Shown: positions 41,500 through 56,471, counted from the first letter of the stretch. The stretch: DNA of 64,000 nucleotides from Octopus vulgaris (GCA_951406725.2 OX597832.1:11842001-11906000), one strand, 5' to 3'. Notes: generated from the letters alone by a model not told the origin. Program-made: numbers and translations.

Positions 41500-41959
41500 T
41501 TTCAGAAAAAAAGAGAGAGAGAGCTGAACGCTTGTTAACGAACGCTCATGTGTGTGTATTTACGAGTCCAGGCAAGAGGAAGGGATCCTATAGAGAAATA
41601 AAACATACAGAGAACGAGAGAAAAACGAGCAAATCGATGTAGAGAATGAAAAATATACTTATCTATGTATGTTTATTTAAATTTCTATTTGTTATTATGA
41701 AAAGCTAGCGGAAAAGGACGTAGACCAAAATATAGGTTATGAATTTATTTCTCCAATTTCACCTCTTATAGTTCTGTTGACGTTCCACCAGTGGAGGTCA
41801 AATAAATTATGAACACTATTAGACAGTGGGACTATGTCGGACCAACTTAATCTATTTTGGTTTTTAATTTCCAAACATGGTGACCTTAGGTGACCAATAA
41901 AAAAAAATATCTGCTTGAAATGAAGCACTAATATTCAATTATTCTTCGCACGAAGTACT

Positions 41960-41995
<36 letters not shown>

Positions 41996-42020
41996 GCATA
42001 CGCGCACAGACACTTACACG

Positions 42021-42060
<40 letters not shown>

Positions 42061-42396
42061 GGGGATTTTCAATATGTGTTTGTAAATGTGTATATGACTT
42101 ATAAATATGCATACATACGTATATGTGTGTGTTTGTGTAGATCTCTATGTGTGTATGAATAAGTGTGCATACGACGATGCATACACGCAGGGACATAGTT
42201 TTGAAACCATACAATAAAATAATTTCATATACTTTTAAATAGGCATATATATTTATGCGTGTGCAGCTGTAAATATGCGTGTATACTTATATTATTTGCG
42301 CACATTATAAAGTATATATATATATATATCGAATATGCACTTATGTATAAATGTGTGAGTGAGTGTATATATGTACACACAGACACTTGTTACCGG

Positions 42397-42445
<49 letters not shown>

Positions 42446-42512
42446 GGGGGGAGGCGATAGTTTGACCGAAATAAATAAAAATAAAAGAATAAAAGTTATT
42501 CTTTTATTTTTA

Positions 42513-42882
42513 TTTAGTTCAGTCATTTGACTACGGCCATGCTGGAGCACCGCCTTTAGTCGAACAACTAGATCCCCAGGACTTATTTTTTGTAAGCCTA
42601 GTACTTATTCTATCAGCCTACTTTTGCCGAACTGCTAAGTTACGGGGACGTAAATACACCAACACCGGTTATCAAGCGGTGGTGTGAGGACAAACACAGG
42701 CATACAAGCATACACATATTTGTATATACGAAGGGCTTCTTTCAATTTCCGTCTACCAAATACATTCAAAAGGCTTTGCTTGACCCGAAGCTATAGTAGA
42801 AGACACTTGTCTGAGGTTCCACACAGTGGGACTGAAACCGGTACCATGTGGTTGGTAATCAAGCTACTTGCCACACAACCAC
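42513..42882 (-). mobile_element. SINE family A
   Basis: Reverse-complement match along the whole length. Confidence 0.8.
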
Positions 42883-43159
42883 TCGTTTACTTGATTTATT
42901 GAAGATATCTCCACTTTTAGAGATGGTAAACCGATTGCTCGGTGATAGCTTGTAACAATTCCAAATGTGAAGGAGAAATAATTTCAAAGCTTAAAAGTTT
43001 CCTAAGCTGAAATGCAATTCAGTAAGAGATAATTGCATTTCTTCTACTGACAAAATGGATAGGCTAAGACTTGTGTTTCTACCTCAAACTGGCGTCATCA
43101 ACACAGCCAAGAAAGTGAATATGAATTTAAAGAAAAGAAAATTCAGTGAGACTTTTACC

Positions 43160-43199
<40 letters not shown>

Positions 43200-43287
43200 C
43201 TATATACACACTCACCCCCATCCCCAGATATACATATGTGTGTGAATATATATATTTATTTTTCTCTCCTTGTTTCTCTTTCTGTGT

Positions 43288-43327
43288 ATCTTTCTGTTGA
43301 AGAGCGTAGGCTCGAAACGTAAAAGAT
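43288..43327 (+). ncRNA. Minimal hammerhead ribozyme-like motif
   Basis: atcttt-CTGTTGA-a-gag cgtagg ctc-GAAA-CGTA-aaagat: 6-bp stem I, palindromic ACGT stem III and a GUA triplet, with one core substitution (CUGUUGA). Confidence 0.6.
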
Positions 43328-43433
43328 TCCTGAGCGCTATACTAATACATTTGTTTGTTTGTACTCCACCTGCCTTCGTCTTTTGACAACACCGCTCAAG
43401 ATATACAACGGAATGGAAATAGAAATGCTCCAA

Positions 43434-44953
43434 TGAGCTGCAAACACTTTTTTTATCCAAGGGGAGGCAATGCGAGCAACAACCACAGGGACATCATAAA
43501 ATTCAAAGACAGACCAAACAGCGGCTCCCCTTATGGTTCCCAAGGAGTTAGCAACAAGCTAATAATGACCAATATTTATGCTGATAAAACGAGTTTTGGA
43601 AATGGGGGAAATGAATGCGATGTGGTTGGTCTTGTAAATGGTAACCACGTTAATAAGGCTAATAATGAGATTTGTAAGGATGAAAATACCATGGATGATA
43701 ACGGCAACGGGAGGGATGGGGTTGCAAATTATATGAATTATAAATGTGAATTAAGGTCTGAAGTTGGGCCTAGGTCTAATGAAGGTGATAATAGGTATAA
43801 GAATAATACTAGTAGTAATAGAGATATGAATATTAGTAATAGATACAAGAGTGCCCTTAAATTTAGTACTTCAAGCCAAGCAACATATTGTAATCCCACT
43901 ATTAATACTAAGTCTAGGATTCGTCAAGTTACTTGGTTTGCCCCTACTTTTTCATTAAGGGTGAAAGGTTTACCAAATATATTTTTTAAGTTATTGAAGG
44001 AAAATTTCCCAAAACATCATAAATACTATTCAATATGTAACAAGTCAACAATCAAGCTGGCCTACTCAGTCAACAATCAAGCTGGCCTACTCAGTCACTC
44101 CCAATGGCGGATCTATTATTGCTTCGTTGAACAGAAGTAAAATAAGGCGCTATAATGATAGAAATGATGACAGAAGCTTTAATGGAAAATCCATTAAAGA
44201 CATTGAAGGGGGTATTAATATTAATAGTATGTCTTCTAAAATCGATTATGAAGGGCGTGTTGGAATGACAAATAATGCAAATAGTAGCGATAATCATAAT
44301 AATGATGTCGGTGAAGATATTAGTGATTATAAGGATTATCAGGGTCGTAATGATGGTGTTAATAGTAGAGGTAATGGTAATAAAAATATTAGTAAAAATA
44401 AAAATAAGAAGGATGGTAATAGTAAGAATAATAATAGAATAATTATACCGGAAAATAGTACGAACCATGGTGTAAATGGAGTGATCAATAATACGGGACC
44501 CCGTAGCAGGTTGAAGAAATATAATTGTAGGGACCCATCAGAATGTCCGATTAGCGGAAATTGTCGCCAGGAAAATGTAGTGTTGAGGCTCAAGGAGGCC
44601 AGAGAAAAATATACATTGGAAGCACAGTAGACTTTAAGCAGAGGTATCAATCCCACCTGAGCTCTTTCAACAATCCTAAATATAGGACCTCTACAACATT
44701 GGCATTACATGTTAATGACCTTAAGGAAAGGAATGTTGAATTTAAAATATCATGGGCTATCCTTGCGCATGCCTCTCCTTATAAAATTGGGTCCACTAGA
44801 TGCGGTTTATGCATAAGGGAGGCATATACTATATTGAAAAATTACAACAACGCAGTGTTAAATAAGTTCACTGATGCAATACCGGCGTGTACGCATAAGA
44901 TCCACTCGACGTTCCATAGGAAATTTAGAAATAGAAATAGCAATAAAAGTTAG
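43434..44953 (+). pseudogene. Frameshifted Penelope-like element ORF: Asn-rich region, PLE linker motif, Cys finger and GIY-YIG endonuclease; no RT motifs visible
   Basis: Three overlapping + ORFs join into one frame. KSRIRQVTWFAPTFS...NFPKHHKYYSICNKSTIKLAYS is followed by a 25-bp tandem duplication (44043-44092), then VTPNGGSIIASLN...YNCRDPSECPISGNCRQENVV, a frameshift near 44583, and KIYIGSTVDFKQRYQSH...TLALHV...SWAIL...CGLCIRE...LNK...ACTH. These match the C-terminal GIY-YIG domain of PLEs (VVY..YIG, R, H, CxxC, E, N, CxH). Confidence 0.85.
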
Positions 44954-45744
44954 AGCTAAGCAATAACAATTGAGTTAAGTTTAGTAAGTATAGTGAGTGG
45001 TAAACGAGATATAGCTAAAGTAATGTAATTATTTAAATAAATAGCTGTTAGTCGAGGACTCGAACATGAATATGTGGCTTTGCATGTATGGGAGAATTTA
45101 TAAAATTGAACTTAAATAAAATAAAATAAAATAAATTAAGTGCTGTAGTGAAATGATCCAGATTGCGCTGTGTGCATACAATTTACAATGGCGGCTGGAT
45201 CGAATTGTATGCATATAAAGTTCCATTCAGGATCGACGAAAAAAAAAATTCTGGGAGTACGTAAATGCCGTGTTCTGAGAATGGACGATATGTGATTGTG
45301 TATTTGTTCATGTTTTATATGTGTTGTATAGGACATCCTGATGAGGGGAGTGCCAATTCTAAGTATTATTTTAAGTACTGATATGTCTAATATTAATTGG
45401 CACATCCCGTAGATGGAATTCTGTATATCTTATATTTTTGTAAGCTTGTATATGTATTATATTCTATGTACTATTTGCCGGAATGTTATTCGTCTTTTGA
45501 TATGCCATATATTTATTTTATTATTATTATATCTATTTCTCTTATTCTAACAGTTTTAAGTGTGTTATATGCAAAATTTATATTTATATTTGTAACTTAT
45601 ATATTACTGAATTAAAAAAATTTTTAAGATGTTGGACTGTTTAGATATAAATTAGTATATAAGATTTGTATGTGTTTGGTCTATCTTTGAATTTTGTGAT
45701 GTTTCTCTGGTTGTTGCTTGCATTACCTCCCCTTGGATAAAAAA

Positions 45745-45745
<1 letters not shown>
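43447..45745 (+). mobile_element. Penelope-like element bounded by ~73-bp inverted repeats
   Basis: 43447-43520 is the reverse complement of 45673-45745, with about 7 mismatches. The right end abuts a long (TA)n/(CA)n tract. The unit contains the GIY-YIG ORF and a hammerhead-like motif at 45334-45415. Confidence 0.75.
45334..45415 (+). ncRNA. Defective hammerhead-like motif with long stem II in the 3' region of the PLE
   Basis: catc-CTGATGA-gggg agtgccaatt...aattggcac atccc-GTA-gatg. Stem I (catc/gatg) and a long stem II are present, but the GAAA and stem III segment is missing. Confidence 0.45.
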
Positions 45746-45791
<46 letters not shown>

Positions 45792-45824
45792 TATATATAT
45801 ATATACACACACACACATATATAT

Positions 45825-45953
<129 letters not shown>

Positions 45954-45969
45954 TACACACACACACACA

Positions 45970-46002
<33 letters not shown>

Positions 46003-46044
46003 CATACACACACATATATATATATACATACACACACACGCACA

Positions 46045-46129
<85 letters not shown>

Positions 46130-46391
46130 AAATCGTTAGCCCTCGGGCCGAAATTTTGGGTTGCACGTTTTCAAGCTTTATCTTCAGAGCTAAAATTCTG
46201 CTGAGGTTGATTTTACGTTTCATAATTTCGCGGTCGATAAGGTAAGTACAAGTTGGACAGTGGGTTCTATTTAATTGGCTAGTCCTCCTTCCACCAAATT
46301 TAAAGCCTCGTGCCTATACTAGAAAGTGTTATGCGGAGATGTATGCATGGATGGATGGATGAATTTTGCTGTTTTATGTGTGTGTATATAT

Positions 46392-46776
46392 ACTCTTTTA
46401 CTCTTTTACTTGTTTCAATCATTTGACTGCGGCCATGCTGGAGCACCGCCTTTAGTCGAGCAAATCGACCCCGGGACTTATTCTTTGTAAGCCCAGTACT
46501 TATTCTATCGGTCTCTTTTGCCGAACCGCTAAGTGATGGGGACGTAAACACACCAGCATTGGTTGTCAAGCAATGCTAGGGGGACAAACTCACACACACA
46601 TACACATGTATACATATATACGACAGGCTTCTTTCAGTTTCCGTCTACCAAATCCACTCACAAGGCATTGATCGGCCCGGGGCTATAGCAGAAGACACTT
46701 GCCCAAGATGCCACGCAGTTGGACTGAACCCGGAACCATGTGGTTGGTTAGCAAGCTACTTACCACACAGCCACTC
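46392..46776 (-). mobile_element. SINE family A
   Basis: Reverse-complement match along the whole length. Confidence 0.85.
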
Positions 46777-47481
46777 ATGTGTGTGTGTGTTATTTTTCTT
46801 ACTAAAATACTTTGTAATATACGGTCATTTTCATCTTTACTGATATTCCCAGTATATTTTCTGACCATCCAAACATGTCAAACCATTGGAAACGATAAAT
46901 ATATAAGAAATTTACTTCCACCACCACCACCATCATCACCAGCAACAAATCCCACCACCACCAGAAACAACAACAACAATATCACCAGCACCACCCTCAC
47001 AACTTCTGTCTCCACTATCATTACTATCAAATTGAAACAAATCATCACCTACGCCCCCCATCAATCATCATCATCACCTACACCAGCACCACGAGTACCA
47101 CCACCGCTAACAGCAACAACAAGAACATCGACAAGAAGAGCAACAACAACCACAACACTCTCACATCACGTACACTATAGACCTCACTCTACCAGCTGAG
47201 ATATCTGTTATTTAACTCCCGAACCATTTTCTAAACGTTGAAAACATGACATGCTCATTAAGCACCAGCAAATAACAAGATAAGCAGCTACATTTCACAT
47301 ATCATCGACACCTCCGTTATCTTGTTACCAGCTGTATAATAACATCTTGATGTCTGCTAGTCAATAAAATGGTGTGAAGATCTCTAAACTTGGCCATTCT
47401 CAACTAGCATCGATTTCCAGCTTGGATAAGTGTTCGTGCTGTCTTCGTTCACCTAAACTGCTAATGCCAAGTACTTTATAT

Positions 47482-47532
<51 letters not shown>

Positions 47533-47628
47533 TCCTCTGGTGCGGTTCTTTACAACTTCACTTTGCTATATATATATGCATATATACATATACATAAACA
47601 CACACACACATATGTATGTGTGCGTGCG

Positions 47629-47671
<43 letters not shown>

Positions 47672-49274
47672 TGTATGGTGATGAAATTATCCAGGCGGGT
47701 ACAGTGTAAGCTCTCTGGTATATTCTAGTATATTCCAGCTTATGGCTAACGGCATCAAGTCGTACCGAGTATCAATAATTGTTCAGTATTAGCAAACTCG
47801 CTGTAATTCTTCCGATAGGTAACACCAGGTTTTGCTTCTCTGAATTGTGAATAGCATCAGGACTGTGGAATTCAAACGATTATGCAGAATACGCGGATAT
47901 ATATCATGAATCTTTTTGGGTACGACTGCAGCACAGTTTGTGCAATAGAAATACGTGTCGGTCTTTGTAAATAAATAATTATCCTGTATGACCAACTGTA
48001 AAATTAAAAGAAAAATTTTATGAATTATCACTCTCCATCTTCATTATAATCGTTTTTAATATATCGTTTTTAATATATAAGTATTTCTGTCGTACCTCTA
48101 TCCTTCATGTAACCCTGTGTTTGAGTCTGAGAAAAAATATGTGTAATAACTGTAGCTCTTTGAAATCAAAAGTTTGCTCCTCTCCATATGACAAGATTCC
48201 AAGCAGGTTATGTCAACCCATTATGCTGGGAATGTATATGACCAAAGTTCCACCCTGTTCGGTGTTCATAATTTTATTCGCAATAATTGGGATGATACAA
48301 CGGTAATGCAAAACTACATATACCCAATGTTCCACCCAGTTCGGGGCCCATAATTTCATTCATAATCACCAAGCCGACAGAATCCTATGGTTGAAATATA
48401 CACGGGTAACGTGCTATCCAGATCGTTGCCCATCATTTCATTCGCAACTCTTGCATCGACCGAACGCTAGGTTAGAAGAACTACACATGGCTCACTTGCG
48501 TCATTCAGGCGCTTGGATGGAACTACTCAAGGCCAATGCACTACTCCGTTCGGAGTCCATAACTGAAACTCTTATTTTCGAAGTGAACTTTTAAATCATT
48601 TGGCCATGCTTTAATCAAATCGCCTTACAGCCACTTAACCGGACTATATCATGACATATCTGTACTTCACAACTTAAAACTGATGAATCTAGTTCACTGC
48701 TACGGCTGTAATAAATAGCAGCTAATTCTACTCGAAATCACAAAGGAGGGCCTGAATTAGAAGAACATAAAGTTTATATCTGGAGGAGCAAACTATGCTT
48801 AGAAAAAGAAAAAGGGAATTGTTTCGCTGGAAATGTCGTTTATTGTAAGTCATCCCAGTGAAAATAATCCCTGGGATAAAGAAAAATAACAACAATAAAG
48901 CCATATCAACGCTATACGTAAAACAACATAATCCTCTCGGTTATATCGTATCTTAGCCTAATCGGATAAGATTGATCACGCGGTTAAAAATTATATTTAT
49001 TGCTTTCGTTACGTCTTTTCATTGATAGAGTTTGATTCGTGCCATAACAGATTTCTCTGTCTTTCCAATCCCTTAATTTAGTTAATTTGTACTAATTTGA
49101 TATCGCTATTTAGCAAACTACATCACGTTGCATACATTTAAAATAATATATTTCATTTAATTCTGTATGCATATACCGCGTAAGTATGTATGTAAATATA
49201 TACAAATATATACTCACACACACACACACACACATGCGTAAGTATGTATATGTATATTTACATATATATGTGTG

Positions 49275-49337
<63 letters not shown>

Positions 49338-50584
49338 AGTGTATGTATGTGTGTGAATACATTCTTTGTAGATATACGTAAAGAATTACATGTACAAATA
49401 CACACTAATAAACATACATATGTATATATGGATTTATATATTTTATATATCTATACCTATACATACATTTATATAGACACAAAGAATACATATATATTTG
49501 TATATTTTATATATATTCACATATCTACGGGTGTGTGTCGTGTGTGTATGTGTCATAAGTGTATATGTGCGCATATGTATGTGCGTATATACATCTGATT
49601 TTGTATATTTTATATATATATATAATAAATTATTCACTGACTGTTAAAAGCCTTTCGAACAAGTAATGTAAAATGTTGCTGAAAAAAATATTTAAAGCTA
49701 CTTCATAAATTTGATTTGGATAACCAAATATATTTCCTACTATGCAACAGTGGGGAAGTAACAAAACCGCCCTCAGATACAAACGAGAAATACGGCTAAA
49801 AGGCAAAAATTTAAAAGGGGAATAGAGTGTTTATAACAACTCGCCTACGGGCACCTCCAAACTTGCAAATTACCTATGTTTTCCTATGTACCCAGCTGCA
49901 TATGTATGCTATATAAGCTGCTGGGAAATAAAACAGAAAATGTGATGTGTAAACTCCTACTATAAAATAACTATATATCAGGAATATGGGCAGCTGAGCT
50001 TTGAAATTCTGTGATTCTAAATCGCGCCATCACTACCAACAACAGGAACAATATTACTATACCAGAACGCTTACTACCCTAATCACATAAGTGTTACATT
50101 ATCCTTTCTTCAACACTACCAGTTTGTTAATCTGCATCTTACTGACTGCTAAACTCAACATCTATATATAAAATACAGCTCGCTGTTTATCGCTTAACAT
50201 ATCGCTCTCAGAACAGACGAAGCTGATAAAACGAAAAGCAAGACAGCTAGAGTGATCTCCCTGTATAACTGTCTTTAAGACGAAGTAATAATGAAGCGAT
50301 TTAAAATACACAAACGAATCGATTGTATGTATTGATTTCAGATATGGCAAAATAGTCGATAAAATTGTAACCATCTCGAGTCAGGTATTTTCTGTTATCA
50401 TAACAAGTTCGAGTTGAATATAAAACGAGTAAGAAATAGATTTCGGCGTGATTTGAACTGTGGATGTAAAGGGCCGCAACTAAACACCGCAAGAAAACGT
50501 CGTTGCAACGAATCTCATTTTATCACATACAGAGTATAATGCACACACACTTACACACACATATATGCATATTCACACACACAC

Positions 50585-50621
<37 letters not shown>

Positions 50622-50829
50622 AATACGAACACACACTGAATGTACATATTGATGGATATATATATATATATATATATATACATATGTTTGTATATATATA
50701 TATATATATATACAATTATAAACTTATATACGCATATGTACATTTGTATATGTACACTTTTTATGTACACACACGCATATTTGTATATGTTCCTATATAT
50801 ATATACATGCATATATATATATATATACA

Positions 50830-50870
<41 letters not shown>

Positions 50871-51025
50871 GCATATATATATATACATGCATGTGTATAT
50901 ATATATATGCATGTATATATATAAATAAATATATATACAATGTATATATATAAATATATATACATATATATAAATACACACACACACACATATATATATA
51001 CATATATATATATACACATTCATAC

Positions 51026-51077
<52 letters not shown>

Positions 51078-51500
51078 TCATACATATATATATATATACA
51101 CATATATATATGTATGAATGTGTATATATATATATATTTCTGTAAGTCTCTCTCACACACACATATATATGCGTTCTAAATACATCCTCAAAGAAATAAT
51201 GTAGTCCTGAAGCTACAGTAATATGATGCTTGAAGTTTGACAGCTCATATGCCATTTGATATTATGGACATCGCCTGCATCATGAGTATCGGGTTCATTT
51301 TACACACACGCGCATGCATGCATGCATACTCACACACACACATACACACAGACATACACATAAACGGTGTGCTTCTAAACAGTTTCCGTCTTGCAAATCT
51401 ACTCCGAAGGCATTGATCGACCTCATGGCTATAACAAGAGTAACTTGCTTAACCTTGATAGCAGATGTTTGCTAAATGAGCTATTTAAACATGCACACGA

Positions 51501-51544
<44 letters not shown>

Positions 51545-51547
<3 letters not shown>

Positions 51548-52092
51548 CGTGACTGTGGTAAGAAGCTTGTTTCCCAACCGCATAGTTTCGTTTTCAGTCA
51601 CACTGCCTGTCACCTTGGAGATGAGCCTTCTACTAGGGTCTCGAACCGACAAAAGACTTCTGAATGGATTCTGATGCTCGTCGTGTATTTATTTATATGT
51701 GTATATATAAAGTTAATCCAAACAAGTAAACAAAAACAAAAAAAAAAACAACAACGCAAGGACGTGGAACAAATAAAGTATTATTGGACGCTCAGGAAAG
51801 AAGGGAAGAAGGAGGGTTTGACGTTTCTTCGTCGGAAACATAGGAGAAGGAAAGATCCCGAGAAGTGAAGACAGGGGAAAAAAATCGCTAGTGATACAGA
51901 CGAGGTCACATATGCATACATCCATATTTGTGTGTCGTTATGTTGTTGTGTTTACGTCCCCGTAAGCTAGTGGTTCAGCAAAAGCGACGGATAAAATAAG
52001 TACTAGGCTTAAAAAATATGTCCTGTTGTAGATTTGTAGATTTGCTCCAGCATGACCGCAGTCAAATGACTGAAACGAGTAAAGGAATAAGA
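51545..52092 (+). mobile_element. Diverged SINE family A carrying an inserted hammerhead-family element (about 51715-51910, minus)
   Basis: Head at 51545-51685 and tail at 51945-52092. The insert is the reverse complement of 29390-29601. Confidence 0.7.
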
Positions 52093-52119
52093 GAATATGT
52101 TTATATACATACATACGTG

Positions 52120-52175
<56 letters not shown>

Positions 52176-52297
52176 ATAAGAAAATGGAGGGGAGCAATAG
52201 GTGGTTCATCAACTTTTAGGCATTATATTCTACCAGCAGTATATTGAATAGATACTATCCCTTAGTTGATTGGATTCACAACCTCTAACTTTCTTGG

Positions 52298-52341
<44 letters not shown>

Positions 52342-52424
52342 ACTACACCCACAAGCGTATGATCTATCTAGTATATAAAGATAGATACACAGACAAAGAG
52401 ATAAATATTTATTTTAATGTACGT

Positions 52425-52468
<44 letters not shown>

Positions 52469-53137
52469 CGTATGTCTTATATGCCCTTCAAACGAAGTCT
52501 GATACAAAAATGTCACCTCTACACATTACTTCCTTTGCGCTAATCACTTTCCATATAATCGTTTTTAATCACCCAGTTTCTTTTTCTCTCCTCTAACATT
52601 ACTTTCGTTTGCTGCAATACAGTAATGGACCGTTTATTCATATTCTCCATTCTAATATTTTTATATACAAACTATAGTGTAGTCTCTCGTACCAGCTTTC
52701 TTCTTCTTTAGTTATTCACAAGTTATTCGGGTTAATCAGTTCACATTAATTTCTTTCAATTTGTTGACTTGTTCTATATAGTTATCTTTCTTACACTACT
52801 TTCCTCTTTGTTCATACATACGTACACATACATACATGCAATTAATATATATATATATATATATATAGGCACACACAGGCTCACATGCCTACAGTGTTCA
52901 GCAGCTTCTTAAACGTTCTACTTATGATTTATCACTCATTAAGAAACCCCATTAACTAAATAGATAAAAATTATTTCTTCCTAATTGATAAGTGATGAAC
53001 CAGACACAGCAAATCGAAAAATGGAGTATTTCTCTTGCACAGCGCTTAAAGGCCATTTCTGATATTTTGCAGGTCATAGAACGAATCCAAAATTCATTCA
53101 GAATAGTACACTGCTGAAAGCCACAGATTCACGTCAC

Positions 53138-53179
<42 letters not shown>

Positions 53180-54416
53180 AATAGATAGATAGATGGATGG
53201 ATAGGTAGACAAAAAAACGTGGAGGCAAGGAGCGGAGATTTGTGGTTAAGTTGTTGCACTTGCGCGACCAGGTCCTAATTTCGTTACCCGAGCGGAGTTT
53301 TTAATCGAATGTATTGTCCCTAGTATTCATTTTTCTAAAAGCCTGTGGCACTTATTGTATTGGACTCCTTTTGCCGTACTGCAAAGTTACGGAAGCGTAA
53401 ACACTCCAGCATATGTTGTCTAGCGGTGGCAGGAGGACACTTACACACACACACACACACACTCACACACTCACACTCACACATACACACACACACACGC
53501 ACACACACACACACACACAATTTCCTTATTGCCCAGGACGGGCTGACAAAGATAAGAAACAAACAACACATTGGGGACATAGAACGCCCCCTCCAAAAAA
53601 AAAATGAGAGGGTGAAAATGAAAGATGAAAGTGATGTTGCCCGCCCCATCGGATAACATCACTTACCTGTCCTCTTTTCCTATGTCCTCTTTTTATAGTC
53701 TTTCGAAAAATACATAATTCCTTATTTTCACCCCGTACTGTTTTTCTAGTTCTTTTTTCTTGTCCGGGTCTATCTCCTTTCTTATTAACCCCAAAACATT
53801 CATCACTTCATTTTCAAGTTCTTTCACTTGTTTTCCCCGTCAAAGGCACCTCCATACACTCCTCCTCATCCCAAATATCCGGCCATTCAACTTCACCCCA
53901 CTCCCTCAATATTTCCAACAGGTTCTCGTCTTCCTTATCTAATAAACCTAAAGCGGGATGGGGGGGGGGATTTTGGAAGTTGTTCTGTGTGTCTGTTCTT
54001 TGTTTTCTTGTTTGGTGGGGAGTGGGTAGGTTTTGTGTCTGCAAGGGAATGATAGAACGAAGAGCGGGACACACACACACACACACACACACACATGCGA
54101 AAACGAGGTAGACCGAGGAAAATGCGGAAGCGACAGGTACAGGAGGAGATTGGGGGGGGGGGGGCTTGAGAAGGGAGGACGCCCAAAACCTGGCGAGATG
54201 GTGTGAGAGCGGTTGCTATGGCATTGAAGTAGATCCGGCCACTCCGGTTAACGGGAACAAAACCTGAATTCAAAATAATGGATGATGATCTATACGACGG
54301 ATTTCATTTAATTTCCGTCTACCAAATCTATACACAAGGCTTTGGTCCTCCTGAGGCTATTGTTGAAGTCACGTGCCCGAGGTGCCGCCACATGGTGGAG
54401 GAAGTAAGCTTCTCAC

Positions 54417-54454
<38 letters not shown>

Positions 54455-55159
54455 AAGAGAGATGACTATGGGCTCGAATATTTGCAAAAGGGAGAGGCCA
54501 TTTCAATATTGTAAAAAAGATTATGTAAGATACTTCGTGTAATATATTCCTAGATAGGCAACTTGTGAATAAACGATGGAATGGTCACGATTGTAGCGGT
54601 TTTGGGCATTGATCTGCTGGGTTAAGTTAATGTAGAACAATAATATAAATAATTCTAAACATCAGAAACTCACTTGTATCTGTGTGTTTCAGCCGAAATT
54701 GCGAGGATAATCAGGATATTTGACTGAGGAAAGAAAACTTCGAATGACCCGACCTTGTTTTCTTTGTATCGTCCATCTGGATGTTTTGTTGTCCCCTTTT
54801 GTATCACCTAGCAGTCCAGAGGTTTTGCGTTCTTGTCCCCGTATAATACTAGGCTTCAAAGGCAACCAACAAATACATCAAAACATACACGAATGACTAA
54901 AAATAACTGCATAAGTATTTGAAAGAAGGATATTATCTGCATAATAAACATTTATTTTCATGAAATAGAAGAAAGTTGAACAACGCAATAATCAAGAGGC
55001 CGAACGAGTGACTATGACGACTGGGGTCAAATTAATTCTTTCCATATGAGACTGTCTGAGCTCGAACAAGCACTGAATCTCTATAATTCTATACCATAGG
55101 TTCATTTTGGTCTGCTTCTCCCGTGTTGTACTTTCTTGTTTATGTGTGGTAAGTAGCTA

Positions 55160-55562
55160 GGCGCAGGAGTGACTGTGTGGTAAGTAGCTTGCTTACCAAC
55201 CAAATGGTTCCGGGTTCAATCCTACTGCGTGGCACCTTGGGCAAGTGTCTTCAACTATAGACTCGGGCCGACCAAAGCCTTGTGAGTGGATTTGGTAGAC
55301 GGAAACTGAAAGAAGCCAGTCGTATATATGTATATGTATATATATGTCTATGTATGTGTTTGGGAATCTGTGTTTGTCCCCACCAACTTTGCTTGACGAC
55401 CGATGCTTGTGTGTTTACGTCCCCATAACTTAGCGGTTCGACAAAAGAACCCGATATAATAAGTACTAGGCTTACAAAGAATAAGTTCCGGGGTTGATTT
55501 GCTCGACTAAGGGCGGTGCTCTAGCAAGGCGGCAGTCAAATGACTGAAACAAATAAAAGAAA
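55160..55562 (+). mobile_element. SINE family A, full length
   Basis: High similarity to 5465-5877. Other degenerate copies lie near 19760-20165, 22240-22660, 23490-23825, 26335-26630 and 55705-55850. Confidence 0.85.
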
Positions 55563-55624
55563 AAAGAAACACACATGTATTTATGTACACACATACACAC
55601 GAACGAACGCAAATATATTTATGT

Positions 55625-55656
<32 letters not shown>

Positions 55657-56436
55657 GCACGCGCACGCACGCGCACGCGCGCGCGCGCACAAAACATGCA
55701 CACGTAGGTCCAGGAGTAACTGTGGAGCAAGGAGTTTGCTTCCGAACCAGGTTTAATCTCACTGGGTGGCACCTTGGGTAGGTGTCTTCTAGTACAGCCT
55801 CGAGCCAACCAGAGACTTCTGAATGAACTAGCATTGTCTCTGTATGTGTGTGTGCGTATCTGTGTGTCGGTGAATATGTAAAGAGAAGCAGACGTTGAAC
55901 AAGATTTAGAAATAGGGGGAAGAAACGCGTACATATATGCATATATGAAAATAAATTAAAAAAGAAAGAGGAAAAAGAGAAATAGAGGGAAAGTGAAAGT
56001 AAAACTAGGAATGAGAGAATGAGAATAAGAGAGGAATACATACGCACAGACATATAGAAGGAGTTAGTGAATGAAAGCTGTGAGTGAATTGGGAATAAAG
56101 TTAGATTGAATTTTCAAAGAGTTCAGAGCTTTTTGTTATTTAGTTATTATTTTACTTTTAATTATCAGATAGACTAAAGATGAAAGAATAGTTAATGTAC
56201 ACACATAATGAATTGTCAATTAACACTGGCATAGATATATATATATGAATGTATAGACATATATATGCATATAGCTATATATATATACATATATATATGT
56301 ATGTATGTATGTGTGTGTGTGTGTGTATGTATGTGTGTGTGTGTGTATATATGTGTGTATGTGTGTGTGTGTATATACAAGCACACATATATACATATGC
56401 ATAGATGTGTGTGTACATGCATATATATATATATAC

Positions 56437-56471
<35 letters not shown>

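Noticed and set aside
47789-48031. Non-repetitive 80-aa ORF containing YCTNC
   Set aside because: No recognisable domain or splice context.
53814-54092. Acidic ORF segment EDENLLEILREWGEVEWPDIWDEEE
   Set aside because: The frame starts in a (TG)n tract and matches no family I know; possibly a retroelement remnant.
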